A stretch of 63,901 bases of DNA, the filler included, from Choristocarpus tenellus KU-1152 (taxonomy: Eukaryota > Protista > Phaeophyceae), in the NCBI GenBank assembly GCA_964200185.2. It is 11 parts of 11 records of this genome, joined end to end, with 100 filler letters (N's around TTAATTAATTAA, not from the genome) between each part and the next. Parts side by side here need not be neighbours in the genome. Positions count along the whole stretch, not along the records: positions 35,686 to 41,719 come from CAXNAD020009108.1; positions 41,820 to 45,705 come from CAXNAD020017367.1; positions 45,806 to 50,095 come from CAXNAD020015261.1; positions 50,196 to 61,179 come from CAXNAD020002582.1; 7 more parts are not named here. One strand, given 5' to 3'. Positions 38,901-50,885 of this stretch are shown here, piece by piece. The translations under genes and the position numbers were made by a program. Every line of letters begins with the position of its first letter. Within the stretch, counting starts at the first letter, position 1. The notes under the pieces are model-generated. The model searched no databases. It had not been told where the DNA came from and worked only from the letters and a program-made list of their open reading frames with translations.

Positions 38901-40163
38901 TAGAGTAGCAACATAAGACATACTCTGTAGAGTCATCCTATCTTAGTGGGGTATGGTGTCAAGTACTTGCGGCTGCTGTGATTGCCCTGAATATGTTCTA
39001 TCACTCTGAAGGGCGATCTGTATCTATTAAGTGGACAAGAGTATATCTTATCTTCTACAGTCTCAGCCTCCTAAGGGGGGTTAGCTCCGTTTCAGGCAGG
39101 GGAAGTCTGTGTTATGTGGAGGGTTCAAAAGGCCGAAAATGGTAAAAAAAAAAAGGGCCAAAATGACCCCCCTCTAAGAAAAGATGACCGATAGCCTCTA
39201 CCCGCAGCTCTGGAAGCATCCGGTGAAGCTGCAACATGACACCATCTTCCCGAAGGTAACAAACAGAGAGAGCAGCAGCCTGTCATCTAAATATCACATC
39301 ACCACTTCGCATGGGGTTCTTTCCACCAGGTGGAGTTTGTTCCTGTTGATGTTAACATTTGAGAGCACACTATCAATAGCACGAGAAAAGACTATCCAAC
39401 ATGTGTCTCCCTGTGGCCATGAAACATGCACTAAGGGTTCCGCCTGGATCTATCCTTCCCACAACAAACATAGAACAGTATATTGCGACCAGAAGAGAGC
39501 TGACCTGAAACCATCTTCCACCCAAATAGCATCACCCAAGAACACCATTCGCACAGAAGAAGTGACGGATCACTAGCCATCGCCAAAATGATGTATCCTA
39601 CCTATCCCTCAATTGCTCTCCTCCCAACCCCCAATTCAATCCCTTTTTTCCTCTTCACTTTCCACCTAAAAAACCCCTCCTCCCCTATTGCTGCTGCCCC
39701 TTCGCCCCTCCCTCCAGCTGGTTACAAGACAAACCCCCAGCAGTATTCTGGGTTAGCGGTTTTTTCTTCACTCAGGCGTTTCTAACGGGTGCAAGTCAGA
39801 ATTTTGCCCGCCGGTACACCATCCCTATCGACCACGTTGGGTTTGCATATGAGAGCATGTTTGAGGTGAGAAAAATAGTCCTTGAGTAGATCTCAATCTT
39901 TGTTCTCATTCTAAGAGCTGCACTGCCGCAATTGCATAGATCTGTATCGAATGGGCTCAGCGAGGAATCAAGTCCAAGCTTAAGTCTCGCTAGTTGCATC
40001 TTGGTCCATGACTCACCCCTCCCTATGCTCATCTTTTCCACTCTTCACTTTACAGGAGAAATACAGCCGTGGGCCAGAGGATGGTGTGTACGTAGATGGC
40101 ATGTTCTTGGAAGGAGCTCAATGGGACAGGAAAGCCCACCAGCTGGCTGAATCACACCCAAAG
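35976..40163 (+). CDS. Axonemal dynein heavy chain, single-headed inner-arm type (DNAH7/3/12-like), C-terminal exons, partial
   Basis: Exons 35976-36052, 36276-36461 ([17 protein letters not shown]), 37740-37925 ([16 protein letters not shown]), 38692-38816 ([15 protein letters not shown]), 39718-39865 ([29 protein letters not shown]) and 40056-40163 ([10 protein letters not shown]), all in phase. Confidence 0.95.
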
Positions 40164-40331
40164 GTAGTGTCTGCACACTTGCAGGGATATGCAGTATCTC
40201 CCTTGCTCCTAGATTCCGTTGTCGCCACAGTAGGCCAATCCGCATCTACTCCACATTACAGTTTATCGTCAAGTTTATGATAACTGTAACTTGGTCGCAA
40301 TGCCAAAAGACCCCATAAATTTCATGGCAAT

Positions 40332-40615
40332 GAGTCAAAGCACTTGGGAGGATAGGAGCATTGCCCTGTTTGTCCGTTCAAGGCTTGGCTTAGGCTTAGG
40401 GTTAGGGTTAGGGTTATTTAATTCATTTCTCGTTTTTTCGTGTGAACACGGTTACCCTAACCCTAAAATGTATACAACTATGAAAGATGCATCCAGAGAA
40501 AAGGATATTGACACTTGCTAACGAACATGATAGCCAAAATTCATCAAAATCCCAATACTGAATTTATGACCCCGAATGGACAAGGCCCTACCCTAACCCT
40601 AAGATACTTTGGGTC
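40332..40615 (-). mobile_element. MITE family B, full length, carrying internal telomeric repeats
   Basis: GAGTCAAAGCACTT...TAAGATACTTTGGGTC; TSD AAT/AAT. Confidence 0.85.
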
Positions 40616-41084
40616 AATATCCCATTGGGTGTGCACAGGGTAGAGGGTTTAAAAAGAGGTCACAGCAGCCTCAAGGAGCACCGCATTGATGAAGAATAGC
40701 CTGCAGAAGACAAAAACCAAGTCCACACACAGAGGACAGAACATTGATCCTAATGTTGTCGCAGTGGTCGGGCCTCTTCCGTGTCAAAATGCTCCAATAT
40801 ATATATTTTATACTGGCATTTTGAAGTAGATACAAAAGAGAGTCCAGCTACTATTCTATTGTCATCAAGAAAGTGGGATGGGGCTTGTGGTGGTGCATTG
40901 CGAGTCCTGCAGGACAGTGGTGAGGACACTGGCAAGGTGTTGAAAAAAAAGAGGCCAAAATCTTTCACGCAAGCTCGTAGGAACAGGGGCGATAATACAT
41001 GTACGCACGTCTATGCCAACAAAAAATAATAATATATCAAAGTCTCAGGTGATACTTCCTCGAATACGGAAAGAGACTATAGCA

Positions 41085-41122
<38 letters not shown>

Positions 41123-41638
41123 TTTCCGCATCACTACCAATTTGCCGAGGCGTGTCATTGCTGTAGCCAAGATGACCAACAACCATCTTGTGCGCGAACT
41201 CACACAGCAACTGCAATGGCGTCGTCAGCGCTAGGGTCTTTGCCATGTTCCAAGGGCGGCAGAAGGTGGAAAAAATTACCCACTCTGAGAGGTAGACTGA
41301 CAAATCGCCAGGGGAAGTGGACAAACAATAAACAATAAACAACATTACAGTCGTGATTTGAACGGACAACTACAAAAAAGAAAAAAAGCAAGATGAAAAA
41401 AAAAAAAAAACAATTTTTGGGACCAGGACAGAAGGGAAGTGAGTAGCACTCACCGTAGAGAGATAGGTCCACCGTTCTGGTAGAGAATACACCAAGACAA
41501 ATCAGACACAAGAACAAACGCTTTCATTTTCGAGAGGAACTTGATCGCTAGTTCCTCTTTTCCGCAGCCTGCAGAAAATTCCGGTGGGTGGAAAAACATC
41601 TCGATTCGCAAATCTCCAGCTCTGCCTGTCCCTAGCAA

Positions 41639-41679
<41 letters not shown>

Positions 41680-41822
41680 ACAAAAAAAAAAAAAAAAACA
41701 ACACCACACAAACCCCCCCNNNNNNNNNNNNNNNNNNNNNNNNNNNNNNNNNNNNNNNNNNNNTTAATTAATTAANNNNNNNNNNNNNNNNNNNNNNNNN
41801 NNNNNNNNNNNNNNNNNNNATA

Positions 41823-42000
41823 GACCCAAAGTATCTGGGGGGGGGGGGGGTCTACACCAGAGTGTCAATTTGGACCAAAATCAGAAAAAGTGCCCTTTCA
41901 TTATCCATCCAACGTATGGAACCAAATCACCAAAAAATCGCGACATGAAAAAATTGGCCCCAAATGTACAGCCACCACCTCCCCCCAGATACTTTGACCC
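41823..42000 (+). mobile_element. MITE family A, full length (178 bp)
   Basis: GACCCAAAGTATCTG(n)...C(n)AGATACTTTGACCC; TSD ATA/ATA. Confidence 0.92.
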
Positions 42001-42292
42001 ATACTAAGAATAGTGAGCATCAGCGTAGTCAACCACCTGGTCTCCTGCTCGGTCCCAATATACTCTGAAATCTCCAAACGTGATGCCCTTCTCTCTAGTG
42101 CTCAACAGATACCCCACCACTCTCTCTGTGTTCCACCAATGAGAGACGAACTTGGATCCTCAAAATATGATGCCAACTCACCAACTGCAAAAAGACACAT
42201 CAGGCCTAGTCATGACATAGCCGCCCATCCCCACAACCACGTTTGTATAGTCTTCAGCAAAGGCCCTTCCTTGATCTTCCCCTTGGTGATTG

Positions 42293-42669
42293 TGTTACAG
42301 GTGAATAGCGCAAGGTTTTCTTCTCACGTTCTAACCAGTGCGAGCAGTAAACACCCACGCGGAACCCCAAAAGGGGGAAGTCCGATTTGCTAAAGTTGCA
42401 GAATAAGATCTGTAACTTAGAATAAAGTTTTCAGATGTATTGCGGCGTCTGTAAGACCAAAATAGAATCAACGGATGGGATATATCCATGTCGTAAATTC
42501 CCATTGATTAAGAGTATACCTACATCTACTGACCTGATATTCACCATATTCACTGAACCTTGACTGTTGGCATACCGCAGGAGTCCTGTACAAGCACCAG
42601 CGTCATCTATAGACTTGTGGACAGGAGCCATACATCCCGTGGAGGTAAGCTTTGGGACGTGCTGTAACA
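42293..42669 (+). mobile_element. Probable LTR
   Basis: TGTTACA...TGTAACA termini (perfect 7-bp inverted repeat), immediately followed by PBS-like ATTGGCG. A diverged paralogue lies at 43929-44343. Confidence 0.6.
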
Positions 42670-43308
42670 ATTGGCGGTACCTCACCGGATATCCCAATTC
42701 ACTCTGCTAGACTACCAATAAATACATCGCTCCAGTTTGCTACCAATGTCCCAGCCTTCCTGTTCTGCGCTCACCTGCAGTTTTTTCCCCCTCTTTGACT
42801 TTTCTTTCAGCCCGAGTCCTTGTGTAAACATATCTTCGAGGCTTGGTGTAGCAGTAGCGCCAAACCACAAGATGATCACATATCAAGAAGTGTATGCTTC
42901 AGTGAGTGCATCGCAATATATATGTTTTATGATTTGGGATATTTTATCAGGCAAAGTGGCTTGGTGTACAGAGGTGGGTTGGTGGCCATCATTGTGTTCC
43001 GAAATATCTAACAACATTCAGATTACTTTTCCTGGATGTTCTACACAATAGCGACTCCCATGAGGCCTATGTTGAAGAAACGCATTAGTGAGCATTGGGT
43101 AAAAGATCTGCAGCTGCTCCGGTAAAAGTATACCCTAACCAAGTCGTGGGACAATGTGTTTGGAAGGTACTTGTGGCCGATATGGCTAAAACAAAACAGG
43201 GTCGCTGCACCCCCGGCTCGTTTGGCCCTGTCTCGCAGCAGGCTCTGGACCCAGAGGTGTCTTCCCCACCTCTGGTCCTCCCTCACCGAAATCCCCTAAT
43301 ATAGTGGT

Positions 43309-43489
43309 GACTCAAAGTATCTGGGGGGGGGGGTGGCGGCTGTCCATTTGGGGACCATTTTATCATGTCGTGATTTTTGGTGATTTGGTTGCATACGTCG
43401 GATGGATAATGTAAATACACTTTCCTGATTTTGAGGCAAATGGACACCCTGGTGAAGATCCCCCCCACCCCCACAAGATACTTTAAGTC
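43309..43489 (-). mobile_element. MITE family A, full length
   Basis: GACTCAAAGTATCT...AGATACTTTAAGTC; TSD not preserved. Confidence 0.9.
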
Positions 43490-43928
43490 TAGCTGTCCTG
43501 TAGTTACTGGACCAGACCCTACCCCGTGGACTGTTCCCTAGCTTATTTTGCCTTGTCCCCTATTCCATTATGCGGTCTGCCTGAAGTGTCCGCCCTCATC
43601 CCTGCAACTCCGCTTATACTGGTAGTTGTGACCTTACACTACAATCTTCCCCTATCCTCATTTCAATACTCATTTCAGCTATCACATGGCATTGCAGCAT
43701 CTGTCCCCAAAAGGGCAACAATCCCACATGCACTACCCCCTCACTTAGTTGGCCATGGTAGAGGTCAAACTTCGCCTCTACATTAAGATTGGGAATGATT
43801 AGTGCCGGTGCATGATGCCTGTGACACTGTTTGTGACAACATAGAGGTGTTGCTGACAGCTACTGCGGGAGGAAGAGAAGCTGGCCTTCTGCCTGAACTC
43901 ACTGCTTCTGCTATAGAGATGTCATTTC

Positions 43929-44343
43929 TGTTATAGGCGAATATTGTATGTATTGGTTCCCGTGCTCTAACCAGCGCGAACAGCAAGTATGCACACAGAC
44001 AGCCCAAAAGGGGGATGTTCCAATCGCTATAGTTACATTATATGATCTGTAACTTGAGAATATAGCAACGGTTTTCAGCTGTATCACGGCTTCTGAAATA
44101 TCGACCTTTCAGATTCCATTTTTTTTCTACACTCACATGTGGCTCTGACTTTTAATCCTATACCTAATTCGAGAATAACTATACATTTTTGTATAATAAC
44201 CTGATAGTCACTCATTTTCGTTTGTTTTGAAGCTCTCAATACATCAAAGCCGCTGCCTACGAGCCTTACCATCAGTCAACAGGCTTTTATGGATTGAAGC
44301 TACATATCCCATCAAAGTAAGGTGCTGGGAGCGCTTTGTAACA
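43929..44343 (+). mobile_element. Probable LTR, diverged relative of 42293-42669
   Basis: TGTTATA...TGTAACA. Shares CTAACCAG.GCGA.CAG, CCCAAAAGGGGGA and GATCTGTAACTT blocks with the 42293 element. Confidence 0.55.
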
Positions 44344-45099
44344 TTTGTAGCAGGTGTGGCTCCATTTTCCGCTTCTGGTTGACAACCATTATACTGCTTT
44401 TCCAGTAACTCTGGAGTAGGCCAGGTTTCTTACGGTTGACAAGATTGACTGGCCTCACATGCATATGGTACAAAGATCAAGCCACCACCTTGCAGCATCC
44501 CCTTTCCCGTATGCTCCCCCACTAAAACAACGATGCATAGAACTCCAGAGTATAATTTACTAGTTCAGTCATCCCACCACTTGCCATTCCGTCTTTTCTC
44601 AAATATCTTCTTGTCATTCCTTGGCATTGTCACTCTGCTGTATGATGCCTTACCATCACCACGTTGCATCTATCCATTGTTTGTCGTACACTGGCAGACT
44701 ACAGGAACTAGTGGTTACAATGAATATTAGTGCCAGACTTCCCAAGAAAACATAGCTACGACAGGGTTCAAACCCTCGCACGTACATAGAGAGATTATGG
44801 ACATTTTCCACGGCTTCTTTGCATAAAAATAGTACAGATCGGGCTTAATTTTAGCAACTCCGATCACCGACAATTTACACCATGCATCAGAAAATTCCAC
44901 ATTTGTTCCCTCCCTCCCACAGAGCCAAATGGTCTGTTGACGAATTGAGCACGAATCCCAATTTGTCCATATAACCTTGGTCACCATGTACGCGTGATTT
45001 GTAGATATCACTCCATTTTATCAACATGAACATGTGATTAATTCTTATATGTTGAGAGAATATAATGGTGTAATGGTGATCTGTCCGTACCTATCTTCA

Positions 45100-45230
45100 T
45101 GTACAAATCTTACCTCCTGATTTAGCAGGAACGAACAATTGTGTACAAATCTTACGTTGTGACTTAGTAGGAACGAACAATTGCGGGCAATTCTTATGTT
45201 ACAACTTAATAGGGAGAATGGTTGCGTACA
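45100..45230 (+). repeat. 42-bp tandem repeat x3
   Basis: TGTACAAATCTTAC...AGGAACGAACAATTG units at 45100, 45142 and 45184. Confidence 0.8.
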
Positions 45231-46040
45231 ATTTTAAGACTACTATGAATACTGCTATTACCACTACCACTACCACTACTATTACTATCCTTTCAATGGA
45301 TCCACTATATTTTAACGGAATTTTGAACGTGTCAGGTGGGTGAATAGGGAATATTCAGAATGAGTGTCTACCTTTGCCTTCAAAGTCTCTCACCCATTTT
45401 TGGAAGAACTTCGACATACACAAGAGAGGAGAGACCATGGACAAGAAAGATTTCAAGTGAGGGAGGAGAGTCCTTTTGCTGAACAGGGGGAGCCTGGACA
45501 CTGAAAGAGTATCAATGGCTCATTCTTGTACATTCCTGGTGTAACTTAGGGATTTGTTGCCACAAGAGTGCCTATGAACCTATAAACACGACCACCATAT
45601 ATACTTCGGCACACCGAGAGAGCTTCTTCAACAAGCTCTCAGTAACAGGGGATTCTCAAAATTGAGGATGGAGCGGGACTATGAGGATGATTGTTCTGCA
45701 AAAACNNNNNNNNNNNNNNNNNNNNNNNNNNNNNNNNNNNNNNNNNNNNTTAATTAATTAANNNNNNNNNNNNNNNNNNNNNNNNNNNNNNNNNNNNNNN
45801 NNNNNGGGGGGGGGGTGAAGCAAAAAGGTTAAAAAAGAAAAAAAGAACAGAATTGTGTCTCCATTTTTTTTTCTTTCAGAAATTACAAGAACAATAAAAA
45901 AATCGTCGATTGATTGTTAAATCGAAATGGATTGGTAAATAAAGACTACTTTTTTTCTTTTTGTTGTTGTTGTTGTCAATTTAGAGTACACACATACGCA
46001 CACAATCGAACACACACACACAAGAAGGATTTCACAATAC

Positions 46041-46266
46041 CTGAGCAGGCGGGTTGTTCTTGGTAAGAGTAGCCGTCACGGATGCAGCGAGACGTCGTAC
46101 CTTGTTTTGTGTAAAATAAAAAATGCATGACAAGAGGCACAGAGGGGTGTAACTGTGTATGTATATGTATATGTGTATATGTATGCATGTGTGTGTGTGT
46201 ATGTGAAGGTGATGAGTGTGGTAAATGACGTATGTATGGTGTTGCACCAATAATTAATATGAAGTA

Positions 46267-46304
<38 letters not shown>

Positions 46305-49300
46305 CAGTCATATTTTTATTATTAATACCAATTTTTGGGAGGATGGGAAGAAGAAGCATCCATCATTGTCATTCGCCCGCGAGTCCATGCCATCAATATG
46401 GCAAGAAATGCACGTCCTGTCTTCTCAAACTCAAATATAAAAGAAAATACTATTATTATCATTATTACGCCTACGTACTACATTCACAACTAGAAAAAAA
46501 ATAAAAACAAAAGAATAAGCAGACAGAGAGATTCTGATCCCCCCATGGTTCAACACAAGCCAAGTACGGACGCTTTCCTACCCCCTGCCCCCCTCTTCTC
46601 ACAAGCAAAAAAAAAAAACTGACTAAAGTGTGACAACAAACGAAAAAATCTACCTAAGATGTCTCAGACGTCATACACGTATGTATATATATATGTCTAT
46701 ATATTAAAAAAATCCTCCTCTAGTTTTTTTTGGAGACTTGGTCTGGTGGAGAGTACATCAACCCCACCAGCGAGATAAGCCCCTTACTACCCTTCAACAT
46801 ATGCACATAATAAATACATAAATAAAAATGAATAATAAAAAAAATGTACACGACAAGAGCAGATCTTTGAAACACACACACACACACACATTAATACTCA
46901 CAATACTGAGGATGGGTGGGGGGATGAAACAGCCCTCTCATTATCGGGGTCGCTTCTTTAGGGCTCTCTCTTGTCATCCCCACTTCAAAAACAAAAACAA
47001 AATGTTCATTTTGTTCTTTTTTTTTTTCAAGAATCAAAAATTTGAATGACACATGTTTGCTACAAACACCACAATTATTATCAAAAATACAAAAAAAATG
47101 CCTGCCTTTTTTTTTTCCTTTTTCTGGAAAGACGTAAAAAATCTAAAGAGGGTTTCCAAAGGATGAAAGGAGGCCGCCGCACCTCTGTTCATTTTACGAT
47201 TATAAATCTCTGAAGTACTTTCCTATGTATACATTACCCTGCCTCCGTGCTCCTGATTCACTACACACTAATAATAATAATAGTGATAGTACCAAACAAG
47301 CACAATGAGAATGATGGTGGTGAAATTACCAAAAAAGCACAATATATATATTTTTTAAATGATGATAGTACCAAACAAGCACAATAACAATAATAATGGT
47401 GATAATAACAAAAAATATAATAATAATAATAATAGTACCAAATAAATAAACAAAATATACAGACTCATATGGCAAAAAACCCCCGGGGCGTAGTACCTTG
47501 TCCGGCTGTGAGGACCAACCCACAAGAGCCAGCAGTCGCCCGAAGCCTCCGATCTTGACAAAGGTGGTAGCCATATCAACTTGTTCCACAATATCTCGTA
47601 GCTCCTGAAGGGAAGTAAAAAAGGTTGAAACTAAGCACGTACGCATGAACACATTTCAAGGTTTCCTAGAAATAGTGATGCGTGTGCCAGGTGTGTTATC
47701 TCCAACACTACCACTAATAACATGAACTACTACTGCATGTGTACATGAACACATTTCAAGGTTTCCTAGAAATAGTGATGCGTGTGCCAGGTGTGTTATC
47801 TCCAACACTACCACTAATAACATGAACTACTAATGCATGTGTACATGAATACATTTCAAGGTTTCCTAAAAATAGTCCCGCGTCTGCCAGGTTAGTTATC
47901 TTCAATACTACTATCAATAGCACCAACTACTACCGTATGATTTCCCTGGGATTTCAATGCACATTATATACATTAAAAAAAAGTTCTTAAGCGGAAAAAA
48001 AAGAAAAAGGTACATTGACATACCAAATTTACAATCAAGAGAGACTCACTCGAAGAAAAAATGCACACATGTATGTACATGTGTATATACATATATATAT
48101 AAAAAAATCTAGTTCGTATAAAAAAATAAATTTTACACGGCCCTCTTCGATACAAAAACGTTAAAAAATAAAAAGAGAAACATAAAAAAAGAAAAATGAC
48201 AAAAACTACAACACATAAAAAAGAAATATATATATATATATATTTTAAAAAAGTTCTTAAGTGGAAAAAAAAGAAAAAGGTACATTGACATACCAAATTT
48301 ACAATCAAGAGAGACTCACTCAAAGAAAAAATGCACACAAGTATATATGTACATGTGTATATATATATAAAAAAAGTCTCAACAGTTCGTATAAAAAAAT
48401 AAATTTTACACGGCCCTCTTCGATACAAAAACGTTAAAAAAAATAGAGAAACATAAAAAAAAATGACAAAAACCACAACACATAAAAATAAATATATATA
48501 TATATATATAAAAAAAAAGTTTGTCACGATTCAACCCCCGAGAGGGAGAGGCTAGGTTCCTGTCCTTCAAGACACAAACGTGCCTCAAGGGTATTAAATT
48601 GTCCACCAAGGCCGATCGATTGTAGCATAACCTCCCTAACCCTAACCCTAAAGGTGACGTCGCCGCTGCTGGTGTAGAAACCCCTTCACTTCGAACACGA
48701 ACCAACCGAATGTAACAACTACCAACCTGCTTTTACAAACAAAAACAAGGAGAAAAAAAGAAAAAAAATGTTGCCATCGAAACATGCAGAAATATAAACT
48801 GTAGACATTAGTTCAATACACAAAACACAAACTATAGACATTAGTTAAATACACAAAACACAAGCTATAGACATTAGTTTAGTACACAAAACACAAACTG
48901 TAGACATTAGTTTAATACACAAAACAAAAGCTGCAGAAACGGCTCCGCTTTTTCACCTCAGGTCAACACACATAAAAAAAAAAAACCCGAAAAAGATGGC
49001 ATTACTTAATTTTATTCTTTCAAGCACACATAAAGCAAAAAAAACAAACTGTTGTACACCCGATGCGGATTTTTCAATTTCAAAACAAAAAAAAAACGAT
49101 TCGAAGCGAACGGCGTGCTCCGGGTACAGTGAGATAGATGTACAAAAAAAAGCATTAAAACAAAAAACACTCTAACCCTTAAGTTTTACGCACGACGGGT
49201 CTGTCATGCGCTACTGTTGCTCTCAGGGGGGTGTAACTACTGCACGTGCCACACAGAAACAAACCCTAACCCTAACCCAAACAAAGAAAAAAGTCAACAA

Positions 49301-50040
49301 TATTTTGTTGAAAACTATTGCTAGAGCGAGAGGTAGCAGTGGATTGATTTTCTTCTTATTATTTTTTTTTCTCTTTCCGGTAGGTAGCAGTAGCTGGCTC
49401 TATGTCTCCACCTACGGCTCTCGGATCTCCCTGGCGACCTCGTGCACCACCTAACCCTAATCCTAATCCTAACCCTAACCCTAAGACAGCGAGAGCAGTT
49501 TCGTAACCGTCGGCACCAACGGCAAGTCACTCACATTTCAACATCCCTTCTGTATCTCTCTCTCTCTCTCTATTTTTTGTCCTCCCTTCCTCTCACCTCC
49601 AGATCCTCCACCACTGCCTCCACCTCATCCTCGGAAGGCGGAGTAGGCCTTGCCCCCAACCCATGTCCTCCTCCCCCTCCCCCTCCCCCCTCTTCTCCCA
49701 CTGCTGCTGCTGCTGCGGCTACCCGCCCGAGAACATTCGCAGAACGTTCTTCCGGAGGCACAAAGACGGATAATTGTTGCGGCTGTGTGATTGTCGTGGC
49801 AGGAGGCAACGGAAGATCTTCCCTAGCGAGGTCCTCGCCTCTTGTTGTTGCAAGACTCAGGTCAGGACCACCAGTCCCAGCAGAACCGGGTCCAGAACCA
49901 GAACCGGTTTGATTTTTTGTACCGGCAGTAGTACTTGCACTGCGGTCCAGGTACGCACATAGGCGTTCGAATATCTCTGCCATGACCTTGGTCTCATCCT
50001 TCACCCCTTCGCTAAGAACCATCTCCAGCCATGCACGGTC
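46041..50040 (-). CDS. HSPBP1: Hsp70 nucleotide exchange factor HspBP1/Fes1, partial
   Basis: Phase-0 exons 50040-49597 (DRAWLEMVLSEGVKDETKVMAEI...EAVVEDLE), 47604-47497 (ELRDIVEQVDMATTFVKIGG) and 46100-46041 (VRRLAASVTATLTKNNPPAQ). These match the Fes1 N-terminal helices and the armadillo QNNP motif. Confidence 0.85.
47644..47940 (+). repeat. 100-bp tandem repeat x3, intronic
   Basis: Units start at 47644, 47744 and 47844. Confidence 0.92.
47975..48518 (+). repeat. About 270-bp tandem duplication x2, AT-rich, intronic
   Basis: TACATTGACATACC at 48011 and 48281; each unit ends in (TA)n. Confidence 0.92.
48796..48936 (+). repeat. 33-bp tandem repeat x about 4.3
   Basis: TAGACATTAG at 48802, 48835, 48868 and 48901. 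Confidence 0.9.
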
Positions 50041-50195
50041 CTGTAGTGACAACAGTACCGGTGGGGGTGATGGGGGGTGGGGGTGACGGTGTGAANNNNN
50101 NNNNNNNNNNNNNNNNNNNNNNNNNNNNNNNNNNNNNNNTTAATTAATTAANNNNNNNNNNNNNNNNNNNNNNNNNNNNNNNNNNNNNNNNNNNN

Positions 50196-50406
50196 TGGGG
50201 GTGGGCTTCCTGTGTTCATTTTTATGATATTTTCCCACTCCAAAATGTATAGGAGTAGGTAAAATGTGTACGTTATGAAAAGGGGTGTCCGGAACAAGGA
50301 TACTAACACTCCCTATCAAAAACGACAGCCAAAATTACATCAAAAGCGCAACATTGTATTTTGAGCCCAAATGGACGCTGCTCTACCCTCTAAGATACTT
50401 TGGCTC
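50196..50406 (-). mobile_element. MITE family B copy cut by the gap
   Basis: Ends TACCCTCTAAGATACTTTGGCTC. Confidence 0.85.
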
Positions 50407-50885
50407 TATATTGTGCTTGTCTGTGTGCCTATGCATTGTTGGAAAGGGATGAATGAGAACATTTCATTGAGCTAGGGAATTGCCTCTTCCAGCGCTGTAT
50501 GGAAGAGGGACATTTGTGGTGTGCATGCGCACGCGCGCGCGCGCGCGCGTGTGTGTGTTAAAGTGGGGACTTGCTGTTGAGCACAGCAATACTAGGGTTG
50601 ATGGCGGCCAGTTTCTATCCAGAGCAGTAAAAAAATAAATATGCCTATATTCTTTGTCTCTCTTTCAGTTTGCAAAAGGAAACACACACTCACGCACAGC
50701 AGTCCAAAGGAGTGAAAGGGAAATAAGGGGAAAAAAAAAGAGGTATTTTAAAACAAATGCACTCCATTTCCCCCCTCCTTGTTTATGTTCCTATTGTGAG
50801 ATAATGTATTGTGTGTGCCCTCTCTGCTCAAACCTCTTCTTCTTTTTTTTCTACATTACCTGAATACCATAATACCTTCCACCAG

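Noticed and set aside
39060-39189. Very degenerate family C-like MITE
   Set aside because: The TIRs are too diverged and there is no TSD.
41120-41640. Integrase zinc-finger-like peptide (EFAHKMVVGHLGYS) on the minus strand
   Set aside because: It is a single weak motif near a low-quality contig end.
47973-48527. 184-aa hydrophobic ORF with an internal repeat
   Set aside because: It is a read-through of an AT-rich 270-bp intronic duplication.
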